A stretch of DNA of 64,000 nucleotides from Oikopleura dioica (taxonomy: Eukaryota; Animalia; Chordata). The notes below the pieces were generated by a model. That model searched no databases and was not told the origin of the DNA. It was given only the letters and a program-made list of their open reading frames with translations. Below, piece after piece: positions 37,001-48,976 of the stretch. The stretch spans positions 8,556,001-8,620,000 of the forward strand of contig OU015567.1 of assembly GCA_907165135.1 (NCBI GenBank), written 5' to 3'. The first letter of the stretch is position 1, and each line of letters opens with the position of its first letter. A program made the position numbers and the translations under genes.

Positions 37001-39844
37001 GATAAAAGCCAAGTGTCTGTTATATATAAACACCCATTATTGAGATTGCGGCTTTTAGATTTTTTGAGATAAGGCTGTTTTAATATAGCTATTTAAAGAA
37101 AAATATGTCACTTGAAAAGTAAAAGGCGTCGCAACTGTCCTTATTTTTCATTTCTGCCTCTGAAATTTGTCTCGCATATATTTTGAACCCTTTACTGCAA
37201 ATAACAAAGAGAAAATAGCTCATCAGCATTCATTATATATTGAATTCGATTTTTTAAAGCTTTTTAGCCAAAAAATAGCCATTTTTAGGGCTTTTAGCCT
37301 CTCTAATCCAACGTTCACCACCAATGGTGCTAAATTTTTGTGGGTGGGGTTTTTGACCATGCTGAATTCGGTACTGATGAGAAAAAACGGATTTGAGAAC
37401 TTTTTTCTGTGTCCGACCCTAATCTGGAGGGATGAAATTTTGTGGACATTTTTCTTCAGACCTCAAGGTCCTTATCAAGAAAAAATCAAAAAAATCGAAA
37501 AATTAAGGGTATAGGCTATACCGTATAGGTGTCAAAAAATCGGTTTTTATTTTTGCAAAATTAAGCCTGATAAAACATAGAAGACCCTTTTATAAGTAGG
37601 GCCAGCGCGTGAAAAATCAGCATGCAGAACCCGTTGAGGTAAAGGGCTGAAACTTCGGGACAATATAGATTTTGAGCGAATCAAAAAATTGTAATAGAAA
37701 ATTTTTGGTCTGGTCAAGTGATCACGTGATACAGGCCCTCGAAAACCTAGAAAAGCTTGACGAGCTCGATCCCCTGGTTGTAGTCGATCACATGATAGCT
37801 CAAAAGAAAGAGCATAAAGAGTACTACCTAGAGAGTCAAAAATTCTGGGCCCGATTGTAGTTTAGGCGCTAAAAGCAAGAGAAGGCCTCGAAATGGGTGA
37901 AATTCGGGTAAAAAATGGACATCATTGGGTGATTTCTGGGCCGTCAATCCCCTTAAGGGTAATCCTATACATCGGCGCGGCGCTGCTCGCTCGATCCGCG
38001 CTCCGCCAGAACCTATTTTTCACTAGCCCATAAAATCCGAACGAAGTGAGAGTTTTCAAAATTCAAAAGATTTGGGATGCTTAGACTCTTCACTATTCTT
38101 CTAGCAAAAATGAAAAAATTGGCAACGAAAAACCATCTGAAAACCGCCGGTTTCCTTCAAAAGACATTTCCCGCCATATTTCTCATTCAAATTTCACAAA
38201 AATCAGATGATCTTGTAGAGAATCGTCTGCTCTACAATTCCTGTTTCTTAGATTTTCTTTTTGTGTTCACAAAAATTCTCTATGATAGTTTGAAGAGAAT
38301 GCTATTCTTCTCTGCGCGAGCGCGCCGTGAGAAATAGGAAGCGGAGAGGCGCGAGGGAGAAAAGCGCTCTTCTCAAATGACCATATAAAATTATTGAGAG
38401 CGCAAAATGAAAATCTAAGAAACAGGAATTGTAGAACAGACGATTCTCTACAAGACCATCTGATTTTCGTGAAATTTGAATGAGAAATATGGCGGGAAAT
38501 GTCTTTTGAAGGAAACCGGCGGTTTTCAGATAGTTCCTCGTTGCCGATTCTTTTCATTTTTGCTAGGTAAATAGTAGAGAGTTTAAGCATCTTAAATCCT
38601 TTTGAATTTTGAAAAACCCTCACTCCGTTCGGATTTAATGGGCTAGTGAAAAATAGGTTCTGGCGTAGTGCGGATCGAGCGAGCAGCGCCGCGCTGATGT
38701 ATAGGATTACCCTTAAATTTAATAATCAAGGAACTGGGCTGAGACGGCCAGAAGGGCCGTCAAGCCCCTTAAAATTTAATTATCAAGGAACTTGGCTGAG
38801 ATGGCCCGAAGGGCCGTCAAGCCCTTAAATTTTATAATCAAGGAACTGGGCTGAGACGGCCCGAAGGGCCGTCAATCCCCTTAAATTTAATAATCAAGGA
38901 ACTGGGCTGAGACGGCCCGAAGGGCCGTCAAGCCCCTTAAATTTAATTATCAAGGAACTGGGCTGAGACGGCCCGAAGGGCCGTCAAGCCCTTAAAATTT
39001 ATAATCAAGGAACTGGGCGATTTTTGCAAAAATGGAAATTTTCAAATTGGCAGCATTTCCGTTACCGGACATTACCGGACGAGGTTACAATGTATTTATT
39101 GAGAGCATCGTCCGCACTTTCTTTGGTGGTCTTGATTCGGTTGTGGGTCGTTGTGGTTTCGAGTTATTCGACCAAATGTCCGTTACTCGTGGTATTTTCC
39201 GAAAAAATCGCTATGCTACCATCAAAAATGAAAAATTTTAAATTTTCACTAATTTTTATAGGATCCCCTTTAATTTACGTTTATGGTCACTTGGTTTCAG
39301 CGTTTTTTGAAAACAACACGTTTCCGGCCGAAATCCCACCAGCGCAACCCCATCCATTCACAATCGTGGCGTATGTTTCCGCGAGTAATCCGGGATTCTC
39401 CGCTACCCTTTTCTCCGATTCTACTCGCGTCGCGGGCTACTCGCGATTTTCCTTTACTCATTTACCCGATTTACACGCACGGGTCTCCGCGCGAGTTACC
39501 CGTGTAAAAAACTGCGGGTTACCCGGAGAAAAATTGCGGGTAATTTCAAAGGACTCGAAATCAACAGCCATGATCAGCGGGTCAAATTAAGCAAACGATG
39601 AAAGTTTCAGAAAAAAGTGATAACTACCATTTTCCCGTGAGAAACCCTAGCGATGCTTCTAAGAGCACATTGTTTATTAACTTTTTCAGGTCGAAAAAGT
39701 GCTCCACGAATTGACCAAGGGCGAGCTCGGCTCTCTCCCGAAGCAGGAACATCCGTCCCCGCTCAATCCGTCGCGCAGCCCGCCCAAGCCGAGTCAGATG
39801 ACGAAGACGACATGCTAGAGAGATTGAACGCGCTCAAGAGTTAA
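22061..39844 (+). CDS. CHMP3: ESCRT-III subunit CHMP3/VPS24; coding exons 22061-22594 (with one short intron) and 39690-39844
   Basis: MGLFGSTKVDPKKMVNEMSSGLRKEMRAIDRQI..KSTQVMQSM..SKEMMKMGII..EEEVDAQ|VEKVLHELTKGELG..DDMLERLNALKS*. The last exon needs +1 C near 39738 (homopolymer). Confidence 0.92.
24250..24900 (+). repeat. ~5 tandem ~130-bp subrepeats (gtatatcaaaatgc..aaccacttggctaaccgcccggttcac..)
   Basis: Motif recurs at ~24287, 24420, 24553, 24676 and 24808; repeated in the two downstream tandem copies. Confidence 0.8.
24930..25925. repeat. 57-bp minisatellite arranged as an inverted array (~10 forward then ~7 reverse units)
   Basis: Unit GACGGGGCGAAGCCGACCCGAAGGGGAGGCCAGTCTCGTTTATTCAATTGAGTCWGY, period 57; orientation flips at ~25510-25560. 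Further copies at ~32650-33640 and ~35350-36285. Confidence 0.9.
26690..26764 (+). other. Degenerate tRNA-like unit (B box plus oligo-T)
   Basis: CCGGGTTCGAATCCCAG T-arm, partial acceptor pairing GTTTCGA/GTGAGAC, followed by a T run; D and anticodon arms do not fold well. Confidence 0.35.
26790..29549 (-). CDS. Divergent hAT-like DDE transposase, intron-containing
   Basis: Candidate catalytic D (FVLGADGSK), D (ATASDSAAN), CxxH (KCSMH) and E (NKDCERSFG), in order, inside TIRs with an 8-bp TSD. Exon boundaries only partly resolved. Confidence 0.8.
29917..30535. ncRNA. Candidate ~600-nt structured RNA of unknown class (strand undetermined)
   Basis: GC-rich island in AT-rich DNA; closing helix 29926-29934/30504-30512; many internal helices; T5 run right after the 3' end on the + strand. 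No known family recognised. Confidence 0.45.
31100..31172 (+). other. Degenerate tRNA-like / Pol III unit (A-box-like, B box, oligo-T)
   Basis: TGGTGGAGAGTGG ... GGGTTCGAATCCCAG ... TTTTTTT; acceptor stem does not pair. Confidence 0.35.
37957..38712. mobile_element. 756-bp palindromic MITE with TTAA TSD and GG..CC termini (Kolobok-like)
   Basis: TTAA|GGGTAATCCTATACATC ... GATGTATAGGATTACCC|TTAA, with ~300-bp inverted arms. Confidence 0.8.
38713..39018 (+). repeat. ~56-bp minisatellite, 5 full units, each with the hairpin GACGGCCC-GAA-GGGCCGTC
   Basis: tcaaggaact recurs at ~38726, 38783, 38838, 38894, 38950 and 39005; a partial unit lies left of the MITE at ~37937-37956. Confidence 0.9.
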
Positions 39845-39995
39845 TGATCTTCATTTCTTTACAAAGCCATTCCACTACGGTTCTCAATTTGTCTCGGCAA
39901 TAACAACTATTTCTGCACATATTCAACAATTCAAATAATTCTTATTCAAAAATTTACATTAAAAATCTTTGTTGTTTCACTCTACCTCTCTAAGA

Positions 39996-40519
39996 ATGCC
40001 CGACCAGGAGGAAAGCGGGCAAGTAGACCTTGGTTTCCTTTACAAAATGTTGGACACTCGGGATTCCTCGAAGAGAAGGGTTAAGCCAGCTGATCCTGCT
40101 TTTCTCTGTATTCCCAAGGTAAATCCCTCTCTTTCGACTAATCCTCAATCTCGCAGACAACACATGACGACACGGATTCCGACTACGAGCCTGAAGCTGA
40201 TCCTGAAAACCAAGTAGAATCCGAAAAACCATCAAATAAATCGAATGATGATGACAAAAAGAAGCTACCAGAAGAAGAAGTTCCAACGCCAAAAAGCTCG
40301 AAAAACAAGGTGAAGCGCTTTTGATTTTCAAAAATCGACAATTGATGTTATTCTCATCAGAAGCGAGGAAATGCTGCCAAAACACGAAATAATTCTAGCG
40401 ACGCCGCAGCAACACCGAAGAAAAGGTCAAAAGCGACAAAAAAGCCCTCTCCAACGAAAAAGTCGCCAAGCCAGAAGTCGACGAGAATGACAACGCGTTC
40501 ATCTTCTCGAAAATCGTGA
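39996..40519 (+). CDS. Small hypothetical protein with an acidic middle and a Lys/Ser/Thr-rich basic tail
   Basis: MPDQEESGQVDLGFLYKMLDTRDS..FLCIPK|..DSDYEPEADPE..|KRGNAAKTR..TRSSSRKS*, joined by short GT-AG introns. Confidence 0.55.
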
Positions 40520-40870
40520 CATTTTTCCTCCTTTTTGCTCAACTTCGGAACATTCTTCTTCGCGCTTCATTTACCACCATTTTTACCAAAGTGAAATCTC
40601 GTGACTGATCCCTTTATACTTACAGTTGCCATTTACTGTAATTTGTTTCGTCTGTTTCTTCATTTTTTATCATCGAAATAGCATTTATAAATTCGTTTCT
40701 TTTCTTACCAAGTAATTACTATCGAATTATTCCAAACAGTGTATTTTTGCCTGCTTTTCGTTATTTTTCTTGCTCGCAATACATTCAGTTTTCTTGTTCG
40801 CAACTTCTGCTCAATATTATTTCAACCCTTTCTTCAGATCACTAATCAGATCAAAAAGAGGGGAGTCAAA

Positions 40871-43800
40871 ATGGACGAAGATGATATCGAGCAATACAAG
40901 AATGACTTGAAGGATCTCAAATCCAACCAAAAGCCTCTGATCAACATGTTATCTCAAGGTAAACCCCTTCTCTGTGCCTTTTTTGACCCAAATTATCAGT
41001 TGCTGAAGACTACAAGGACACGGACGGAGCAGAAACAATCTCCAAGCTGATAAGCGCTCGTATCGCAGAGGTTTGCAGAAAACAAAAAAAATCGAAATTT
41101 TAACCAGCTCGTTTTATTCTGTATTCTTCAAGAACATTACCCATTCCAATGGAGAAATTGGAATAAAAAGGATACCAACTTTGTGTTTCAGAGTTATAAA
41201 ATCATTTATAAGTTATAATTATCGCTATTCATTTATATAAAAGTTCATATTTCCTTATTATTTATAGCAGGATGCAGTGTCAAGGATTAATTTGAAAGCG
41301 GTTGCTTGTAGAAAAGTAACAAGTTGATCTCGTTTTTTGCTTGAAAATTAATGGTCACGAGAAATTTAAAATTGAGAACTAGAATAGCTTTAGTTTTTGT
41401 GGCACTACAGTAACTGAAGACTACTCAAGTCAAACTACTGTTGTCAAAAATATGCCGTAATAATTGAGAAGAGGTTTTATTTCAAGCTCGTTATAGACTA
41501 GAACTGTTGCTTATGGAAGTAACGATCGGCAACTGTAGCTTGAAAGGAGGTTTAAATAAAATGTGCTACAGTATCACCGTTTTTTTTCGAAAGAATCGCT
41601 GTGTTACTGTAATTTAATGTGGTTGAGTGAAAACAGTGCTGGTTGACGAGTAGTGAGATCTATTTCAGGCAGGGTTGATTGAATGATGAGCTTTTTTCCT
41701 TCGAAAATATAAATTAAAAGGATAATCATTCCAACCTCTTGAAGGTGAAACCAGATCAGAAGCTGTACCTTCTCTATCTTACCGACTCAATAAGTAAAAA
41801 CGTCCGTGGAAACTACATTCAAATATTCGAGAAAGCTATCGTTGCCAATTTTGAAGATGCCTTCAAAGCTAACGTGAGTATTTTCTTTACCCTTGCTCGC
41901 ATCTCAACTTTTTTGTTAGATAAATCCGGACATCAGAAAGAAGCTATATTTCCTGCGAAAATCATGGCAGGGACTGTTCAAAGATGCGATTCTCAAACGC
42001 CTCGACCGGCGAATTCGAATGGTGGATCCTGGCTGGCCAATTACTGGTCCAACGCAGCAAGAATCCGTACCTGAAATTATCTCAAAACCAGTTCCAGGAC
42101 CAGCGCCCAAGTCAGCGCTAAAACCGACCGTTAGAAAAGTCGCAACTCCAGAACCACCTGCACCAAAGCCAGCGCCAAAGGCAGTATCAAAGCAAAAAGT
42201 TGTCCAAGCTCAAGCCCAGGCCGCTCCCATCGCTAGGAAGGCACAACCAGCTGGAAATGTCCACGTTAACCCAGCATTTTTAAACAAGGTAACTCTTATT
42301 AGTAGTCCTTATCAACAATTTTCGTATCAGAAAACGGCCGATTTGAAGGCAGAGAAGCTGGAACTGCAAGTAAAACTGGATATCTGCGGCGATGAAATCC
42401 AAGAAGCGCGCGAAAAGAAAGCAAAACTAGAACGACAACTGGCGAAGAAAGAAACTGCTGCAGAGAAGAAAGCGATCCGATTCAAACTTCTTGAAGTCAA
42501 CAAGAAAATGATCAACCTCGATGATCAGAAAATTGAACTCGAGAACGACCTCAAGAAGCTCGAGGCGCTCGGAAAGGTGAGTTATCAGAAGCCAGACTCG
42601 ACAAAACAAGCATCGCAAAACTCCCAAAAATCTTCAAGTCAAAGCGCATCGTCTCAAGAGTCCACCGCTTCGGCTAGTCCGCCGTCGAAGCCCGTCAAGA
42701 AAATCATCAAAAATCTCGTCAAACCAAAAACCACGGAGAACCCGCTTATCGACATCCTCGGAGCTCCAAAACGCCGGGCGCCAACTGAGAGTCAGAAAAA
42801 GAACCTGTCTGTCGCTTCAGAACTCAAGAACTCCCTAAGCAAGAAGAAAAAGTCAACACCACCGCAAGGGCCACCCTCGAAAATTGTCAAATCAGAGTCG
42901 AGTCTAAAGAACAACGGAGCGCCTCTTATTCCAAAAGGAAGAATACCGCTCAAGAAAAAGACCGAACCGAAGGTTGAAAAAGGCGATGCGCCAGACATCA
43001 TGGACACTTCCGTCGTCGAGCCAGCTCCTCCAAAGCTTGCGAAAGTTTCAACTTCTAGCAAGGGATCAGTAAATGTCAGAAGACCGGGGGGCATGAGCAC
43101 TAATCCAACAGAACTTCTCAAGAATTGCTCAGTAAGACATTTCTACTTTTTCGTTTTTTTAATAGACATTTTCAGATACCCCAAGTTCGTGAAATGGCTT
43201 ATAACAAGCTCAAGACCGGCATGTTGAACAGGCGAGACTTCGATGTTCTGATCAACAGACTATCAGTGCTAGAGAAGTACGAAGCAGAGAAAAAGTAAGC
43301 AAAAGAAAACTGTCCGACCAAACTTATTTGTCAATTTTAGAGCTGCGAAAGAAGGTAAAGAAGTGCCTCCACCACGTGATGAGCCACGAGACGAAGACAG
43401 TCGAACTCGCCAGCCTTGGTACTCGCACGGGACTCCACAGGACAGAGAAATCTACCACGAGCACCCGCAGAGGCAGCAAGATTGGCGAGACACTCTTTGG
43501 GATCAGTACCACCACGTTCACGGCGACCCGGAGCCTCGTGGTTCCGCTCACAGACCACCTCCTCATGATCCGTGGAAATACGACCCTAGAAACGAGCGGC
43601 CACCGGCAGATCGGCAAATGATGCCAGATCCAAGACGTGGAGATCCACGAGGGCATCCGGGTGAAATGGATCATCGTAGGTCAGTATCGCCGAATGCTCA
43701 AAACAATGTTCCGTCTTCTCGTAATTACATCGTTACTGACGACCTGCCACAGTAAGTGTTCGCTCAATACGTTATGATTCGCATGTTTATATGTTGCATG

Positions 43801-45269
43801 ATTTATTTTTTCTTTCCTCTTTTCTGAGCGCATTTTTCTAGGCCTCCTCGGCCCCCAATTGAAGAGCGCCCAGCGCCTGTTAATCCCGCTCCAGAAAGCT
43901 CAAGTGGCGGCCTCGACCTCCCAATCGACTTGGACACAATCAAAGATCTACTGAAGTCGGTTGAGAGTAAAAACGCCACTTCAACGAGCCAGGAAAAACC
44001 AGTCAAGGCTGATTTGGACGAGTTGCCAAAGAAGTACATCGTTTTACCAGACAAAGAAAAGCCAAAGTCGCGGCGAACGCCTACACCAACGCTTGAGGAT
44101 GAGCCTGTGCCGATTGCTAATTTGGAGGATGTTGGAGATGATATGGATGACTCGAAGCTCCCGAGAGTGGAATTCACTGAAAATGCCATCAAAAAGTATG
44201 CAACTCAGTAAACCTTTGGTTTTATAGTACTTTTAGCCGAATTAATCCGTTGATAAAACGGCTTTACGCTGGGCTGCAATGCTCTGCCTGCGGGATGCGA
44301 TTCAAGAAGTCGCAAACGACCCGATATGCTGACCACTTGGACTGGCATTTCAGAGTTAACAAGCAGGTCAAGAACGGGCAGATCGATACCCACAGGAAAT
44401 GGTATTACAAAGCTTGGGTAAGTCCTCACTTTTCGAACTAAAAACTCACTGTAAAATAAGGACTGGATCATGTACGAGGAAATCGAAGATGCAGATAAAA
44501 AGGCCGATCCTTCCGCGGAAGACAACGGAAGCAGTCCGAAGGGACAGGATGAAAAGAAAGAGGAAGCTGAGGTGGAGGTCAAAGTGAAAACCCTTCCCGT
44601 CACTGCAGGTGATTCCAGCTGTGCCGTCTGCGGAGAACGCTTCCAAACAGCGTATGACGACGATGAAGATGAATGGCACTACCAGGATGTCACCAAGCAC
44701 GAAGATTCAGGTAATGATACGAGTAAGGGGAGATGATTAATTATTGAAGGCAAACTTGTACATACGGGATGTCTGGAGGACGCTGGAAACATGCACATTC
44801 CGCGAATGGTGAGAAGCGATAGTATAGACTCGATAGAGCTGGACAAGACGATGGAAGAGGAGGATAATATTGATGAGGACACGGCGCAGGTACACTCCTG
44901 GTTTTTGGTTGAAATATTGAATATTTTCGAAGGATATTGGAATTGAAATGGATAAGATGAATGTTTCCCCTTCACGAGAGAAAAGTGAAATCAAGGAGGA
45001 AAACGCAGAACCGAACGATGTCGAGATGAAAGAGGAGGAACCTCAAGCAGACCTGCCTCAATCTCCCAAAGCTGAACCAGGATCTCCTGCTCCGCAAGAG
45101 GTAGATAGAGAGCAATTTTAGCAGCTCGATCATCTTTCAGCCGATGAAAACTGAAGTTGCCGAGCCAGATCCACTTGAAGAGACGAATCTTTACGGCGAT
45201 TTGGAAGACGCCGAGCTAGAAGAGATCAACATGTCCTTCGATGCGCCAATTTCACCTCCTGCTGTTTAA
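40871..45269 (+). CDS. PCF11: Pre-mRNA cleavage factor II subunit PCF11
   Basis: CID domain (YKNDLKDLKSNQKPLINMLS..KLYLLYLTDSISKNV..DPGWP); zinc fingers LYAGLQCSACGMRF..HLDWHF and CAVCGERF..WHY..VHTGC. Confidence 0.93.
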
Positions 45270-46024
45270 AAAGTTCATTTTACTTTCTACTCATTTATTT
45301 TATCAACTCAAATGTTTTTCCCTTTTGCGCGCGTTCCTAAATCTGAATTCATGATGGAAAAACTGTCTTGAAATATGTGTATCTACCTACTGCTGCTCCA
45401 TCATGTTGTCATACTTTTCATAAGTCGAGTTGTTTTCGCGCTTCTTTGGAAAATCAAGATTTTCAGATGATTTTCGTCGATAGGATAAATTATATTGATA
45501 TTTTTGCGGTGCAAACGAGTTTTGGTTGAATTCGAAAACCATTGTCTTGAATAACAATTTCCAAAGGCGCGTTTTGAAAACAGCGCTCTTCTTTAAAATC
45601 ATTCTACCGTTTTTCCTTCTTCAAATTCAATTTTACTCTATTTCATTGCCGTGCCCGTGTCGACCCATCGTGGGGTCGCACAAGGAAAGAATCAAATCCA
45701 ACTTATTTTTTTCCATGAAAAAAGAAGAATATTTCAAATATTTGGACAAAGCTAATAAATTGAGATATTTCAGCGGTGTATGGGTTCACTCAACTATATT
45801 ATTTTTGGCAAAAAGCGCATGTTAAAATTTTTAAATTGCATTTATCAGAAAAATTGAAAAGTAATAAATATATTTCGCGTCAGTTAGCAGCATAAAAAAC
45901 TTCTGTTGTTTGAGAATAAAAAATTTAGACTTAAAAACTTGGAATGGGTGGGAGCCAGTTGCGCGGCGTGATTTTGGACGAGTACTGGAATGAAGTTCTA
46001 GCACTGATTGCGGATTGCCACCCA

Positions 46025-46745
46025 ATGTCCACAACGGAGGTAAGTTTCGTTGTTTGGAAAGTTAACAATGTAGCGTTCAGGAAGTGGAGGCGAAGCGTCT
46101 CGCCGACAATTTCCTCCAAATAATGGCTTCTGAATCTCCTCGCTCCGTGAAAATCCGCGACTTTCTTTCAACCTCTGAATCCGTCAACGTCTCCGGCCAC
46201 ATGCGCGAAACGCTGGTGAAACACCTGTCCAGTCATCTCGTCCATCATCGACTCTGGCACCAAGTTTTGACAAAAGAACGCGACGGAATTCAGTTCCACG
46301 AGCGCAAGGTCCTCTACGAACCAATCGAACCCGAGCCACTATGCAAAGCAGTTACCGAGGCGCAACTAAAGACAAATCAGAAAGTCAATAAAATCGTGGT
46401 ATGTTTATAACCAAAACTGAAACGCCTATTTTCAACCGCTTTTCATAGGAAAAGAAATTGGAACAGGCGAAAAACCTGCGCAAAAAACTCGCTGAAGACG
46501 TCGTTAAAGTATCGATCGAGATCTCGTCAGAGCTGCACGAAGTCCTCTCCCAAAAAGACTCGCAAATTCCGAAAGCAGAAATTGCCTCTATCGCTGCGAA
46601 AATAACAAAAGACAAACTCGACGACATCCGAGAAGAGCTCGAAAATCAAATAGAACTGATGCGCGCTGATCTTCCTCCTCCCCGAATTTCAAAAGGCAGC
46701 GCGCCCAAGCCTCGAAAAACCGCCCGAAAGAGCAAGGGCAAATAA
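46025..46745 (+). CDS. Hypothetical coiled-coil protein, 3 exons
   Basis: MSTTE|EVEAKRLADNFLQIM..KVNKIV|EKKLEQAKNLRKKL..KSKGK*, with canonical short introns. Confidence 0.65.
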
Positions 46746-46833
46746 ATCTGTACTTTTATTTTTGTATCACATCATTCTCTAAACTTATATTTTTCTATTC
46801 TTGCGTCTTTTATTGATTCGAGGAGGTGTTTAG

Positions 46834-48724
46834 ATGGACTCGGATGCTTCCGCGAGTCAGAGTACTCGCGGAAAAACGCAAAAAGAGCTCAGAAGTGGGA
46901 AGAAAGTCACACTTTTAGTAGACAACCCAGCGCTAGAACCACCGGAGAAGAAGAAAAGGTCCTGGGAGTCATGGTCCTTCGAGGAAAAGTATGGAAAAAT
47001 CACGAAGATGAGCGTCTAAACTGACTTTTAGAAACTGCTTCTTCGACGCAATAAAAGTCCACCGTCGTGACTTTGAGCAAATCAAGAAATACATGTTCTC
47101 GCGCCTCGGCAAAAGCGGAACCCAAAAGAACAAAGACCAGATCCGCCACATGTACTACCGAACCCTCGGGACGATTCAAAAGAGTCTTACGGACAGTCAA
47201 CTCGTTTATCCGACCGTTTTGAGGGACAAACTCGATCAGGAGTTTTACGCGATGACGGCGTATGCTGAGTTGAGGAAGAAGATGCAAAAAGATCCGCCGA
47301 GAAAGCTATTAGAATCGAAGCTCGAGGAGCTTTTGAAAACACAACAGACAGTTGTCAAAAGCAGAGGTACCTATTTCCTAAAGAGAAGCCATTTATTCAA
47401 TATCTTTTTCAGGAAAAATCGCCAAGGTCAAGATCCCCACTCCAGCAGAAAAGCCCGTAACGACCCTAGAAAAGCGAGTTCTTGAGCCTCTCGTTGAACT
47501 TCGACTTTCACCAGAAGATTGCTACACCCAAAGATGCGTCCAAGCTGCGGCTGCGACGCCACGAATCGTCATCAACATTCCAATTAGAGCAAAAATAAGC
47601 GAAGTGAAGAAGCTTCTGGCCGAAAGATGGGCGACAAAAGAGGAACGAATTACGCTTGGTTTTTATGACAGAGCGGAAAAGATGCAGACTGTTCTCATCG
47701 AAAGGCAAGTCGTTAATCAAATCCATCATTAAATTAATACCCCCTATTGAAGGATCGTCGCCGAAGATCCCAAGTCGCAAACACAAACAATTTATTTTTC
47801 TTTCTCAGAAGAGCCCCCTTTCGACCCTCGAATACCGAACTATCAAGAGACAGAAATTGTTCTTCTTCTGCTTACATCAAAAAGCCTCCATCTCAAATAT
47901 CGTTTTCTCAAAGATCGCCCGTTTGTCGAGCCTGTTTCGCTTTTAGTCAAATGTGCATCCTTATTTACCGAAGGTAAAAGCCTTGAACTCTTTGAGAGCA
48001 ACATCCAAGCCCTGTTTTAGCCCTTACGAATACCCTCGCCAGCAACAGTACCTGTATTCCAGTCTTAGATTCGAAACCGGACGAAAGTGCTCTTCGCACC
48101 TTAATTTTTACGCCCCCTCAGACTAACGGAGGGCCCTCAACTTCTTCCGAGAGTCCAGGTGCGCGCAGGAAGCGCTCTGTTTCCAACTCTTCTGGAAAAG
48201 GAAAGCCGAAGAAGAGCATGGCTGTAAACTCAAATGTTGTTGAACAGCATTTACAGGTATTGTGTCTGCTTTTCCCGATCGATTAAAAAGCAATTTCTTT
48301 GCTAGTTACTCAATGGACTTACTGGCACGAGCAAGCCTTCCCGATCTCCAGCGTACAACGTAAGATAGTTTGGAAGTTTTTCGAATTTCGATTTTTTCAG
48401 AACGAAGTTCCCGAAGTTCCAATTCAATTCATTCAAGAGGAGATGCCCCCTGCTCCTTGCGATCAAAACTCAAACTCGTCCATTTCCAATATTCTCCATT
48501 CAGTCCTCAACGAGCACGAGCGTTCCACTGCGCCCGAGCTTCACAATCGCACAACCCGATCAACCATCCATAATTCAGTTACTCTTTCCCCTTCTTCCGC
48601 CGATGACGGAATCGCGACGAACGAGATCGACAGTCACGTGGGACTGATGATGTCGGAAAACTCGGTCGGTTTTGCGCGCGCGACGAACTTTTACGATATC
48701 CTAGAAAATGATTTACCTTCCTGA
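46834..48724 (+). CDS. CRAMP1: Cramped-like SANT-domain chromatin protein
   Basis: RSWESWSFEEK|NCFFDAIKVHRRDFEQI..KNKDQIRHMYYRT; C-terminal EIDSHVGLMMSENSV motif. Confidence 0.85.
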
Positions 48725-48976
48725 ACAAAAATCAACTTATTCATTCATTGTTCCTTTCCTTTTCCTTACTTCCCGAAATTCATATTCAAACACACTTTTT
48801 TCTATAGAAAGCTTTCCTCGAAATAGTCGAATTGTCAGTGATAAGATTGTCTACCCTTCGAGGGTCATTTTTGGTCGTCTTTTTGGCCATATTTTCTAGT
48901 CAAATGTACAAAAAGAGTGTTTCAACTTTCAGTTTCAGAAATTATCTTTGACTTTCATCCTTTAGATAAGCAAAAG

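Larger units (their letters stand above)
24237..37304 (+). repeat. Tandem triplication of a ~2.7-kb unit (24237-31963 including the hAT insert; 31964-34662; 34663-37304)
   Basis: Near-identical copies joined at a TCT microhomology; copy 3 is 57 bp shorter than copy 2 (one minisatellite unit fewer). Confidence 0.9.
23950..37421. mobile_element. hAT-type element 3 (nested in 2)
   Basis: 14-bp perfect TIR TAGGGTCGGACACA / TGTGTCCGACCCTA; perfect TSD ATCTGGAG at 23942-23949 and 37422-37429. Confidence 0.9.
23537..39572. mobile_element. hAT-type element 2 (nested in 1), with long subterminal inverted repeats
   Basis: >60-bp imperfect TIR CAGGGCTGTTGATTTCGAGTCC.. / ..GGACTCGAAATCAACAGCCATG; perfect TSD ATCAGCGG at 23529-23536 and 39573-39580; many tacccg/tactcg subterminal motifs. 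Confidence 0.92.
22611..39649. mobile_element. hAT-type element 1 (outermost, non-autonomous, ~1 kb of own sequence)
   Basis: TIR TAGGGTTTTTCACGGGA / TCCCGTGAGAAACCCTA (16/17); perfect 8-bp TSD GCGATGCT at 22603-22610 and 39650-39657. Confidence 0.9.

Noticed and set aside
37672-39590. ORFs inside hAT element 2 (62, 69 and 188 aa) as a second transposase
   Set aside because: No DDE or CxxH motifs; the 188-aa ORF runs through subterminal repeats.
41406-41611. TA|CAGTAAC...GTTACTG|TA as a Tc1/mariner MITE in a PCF11 intron
   Set aside because: The inverted match is only 7 bp plus TA and does not extend.
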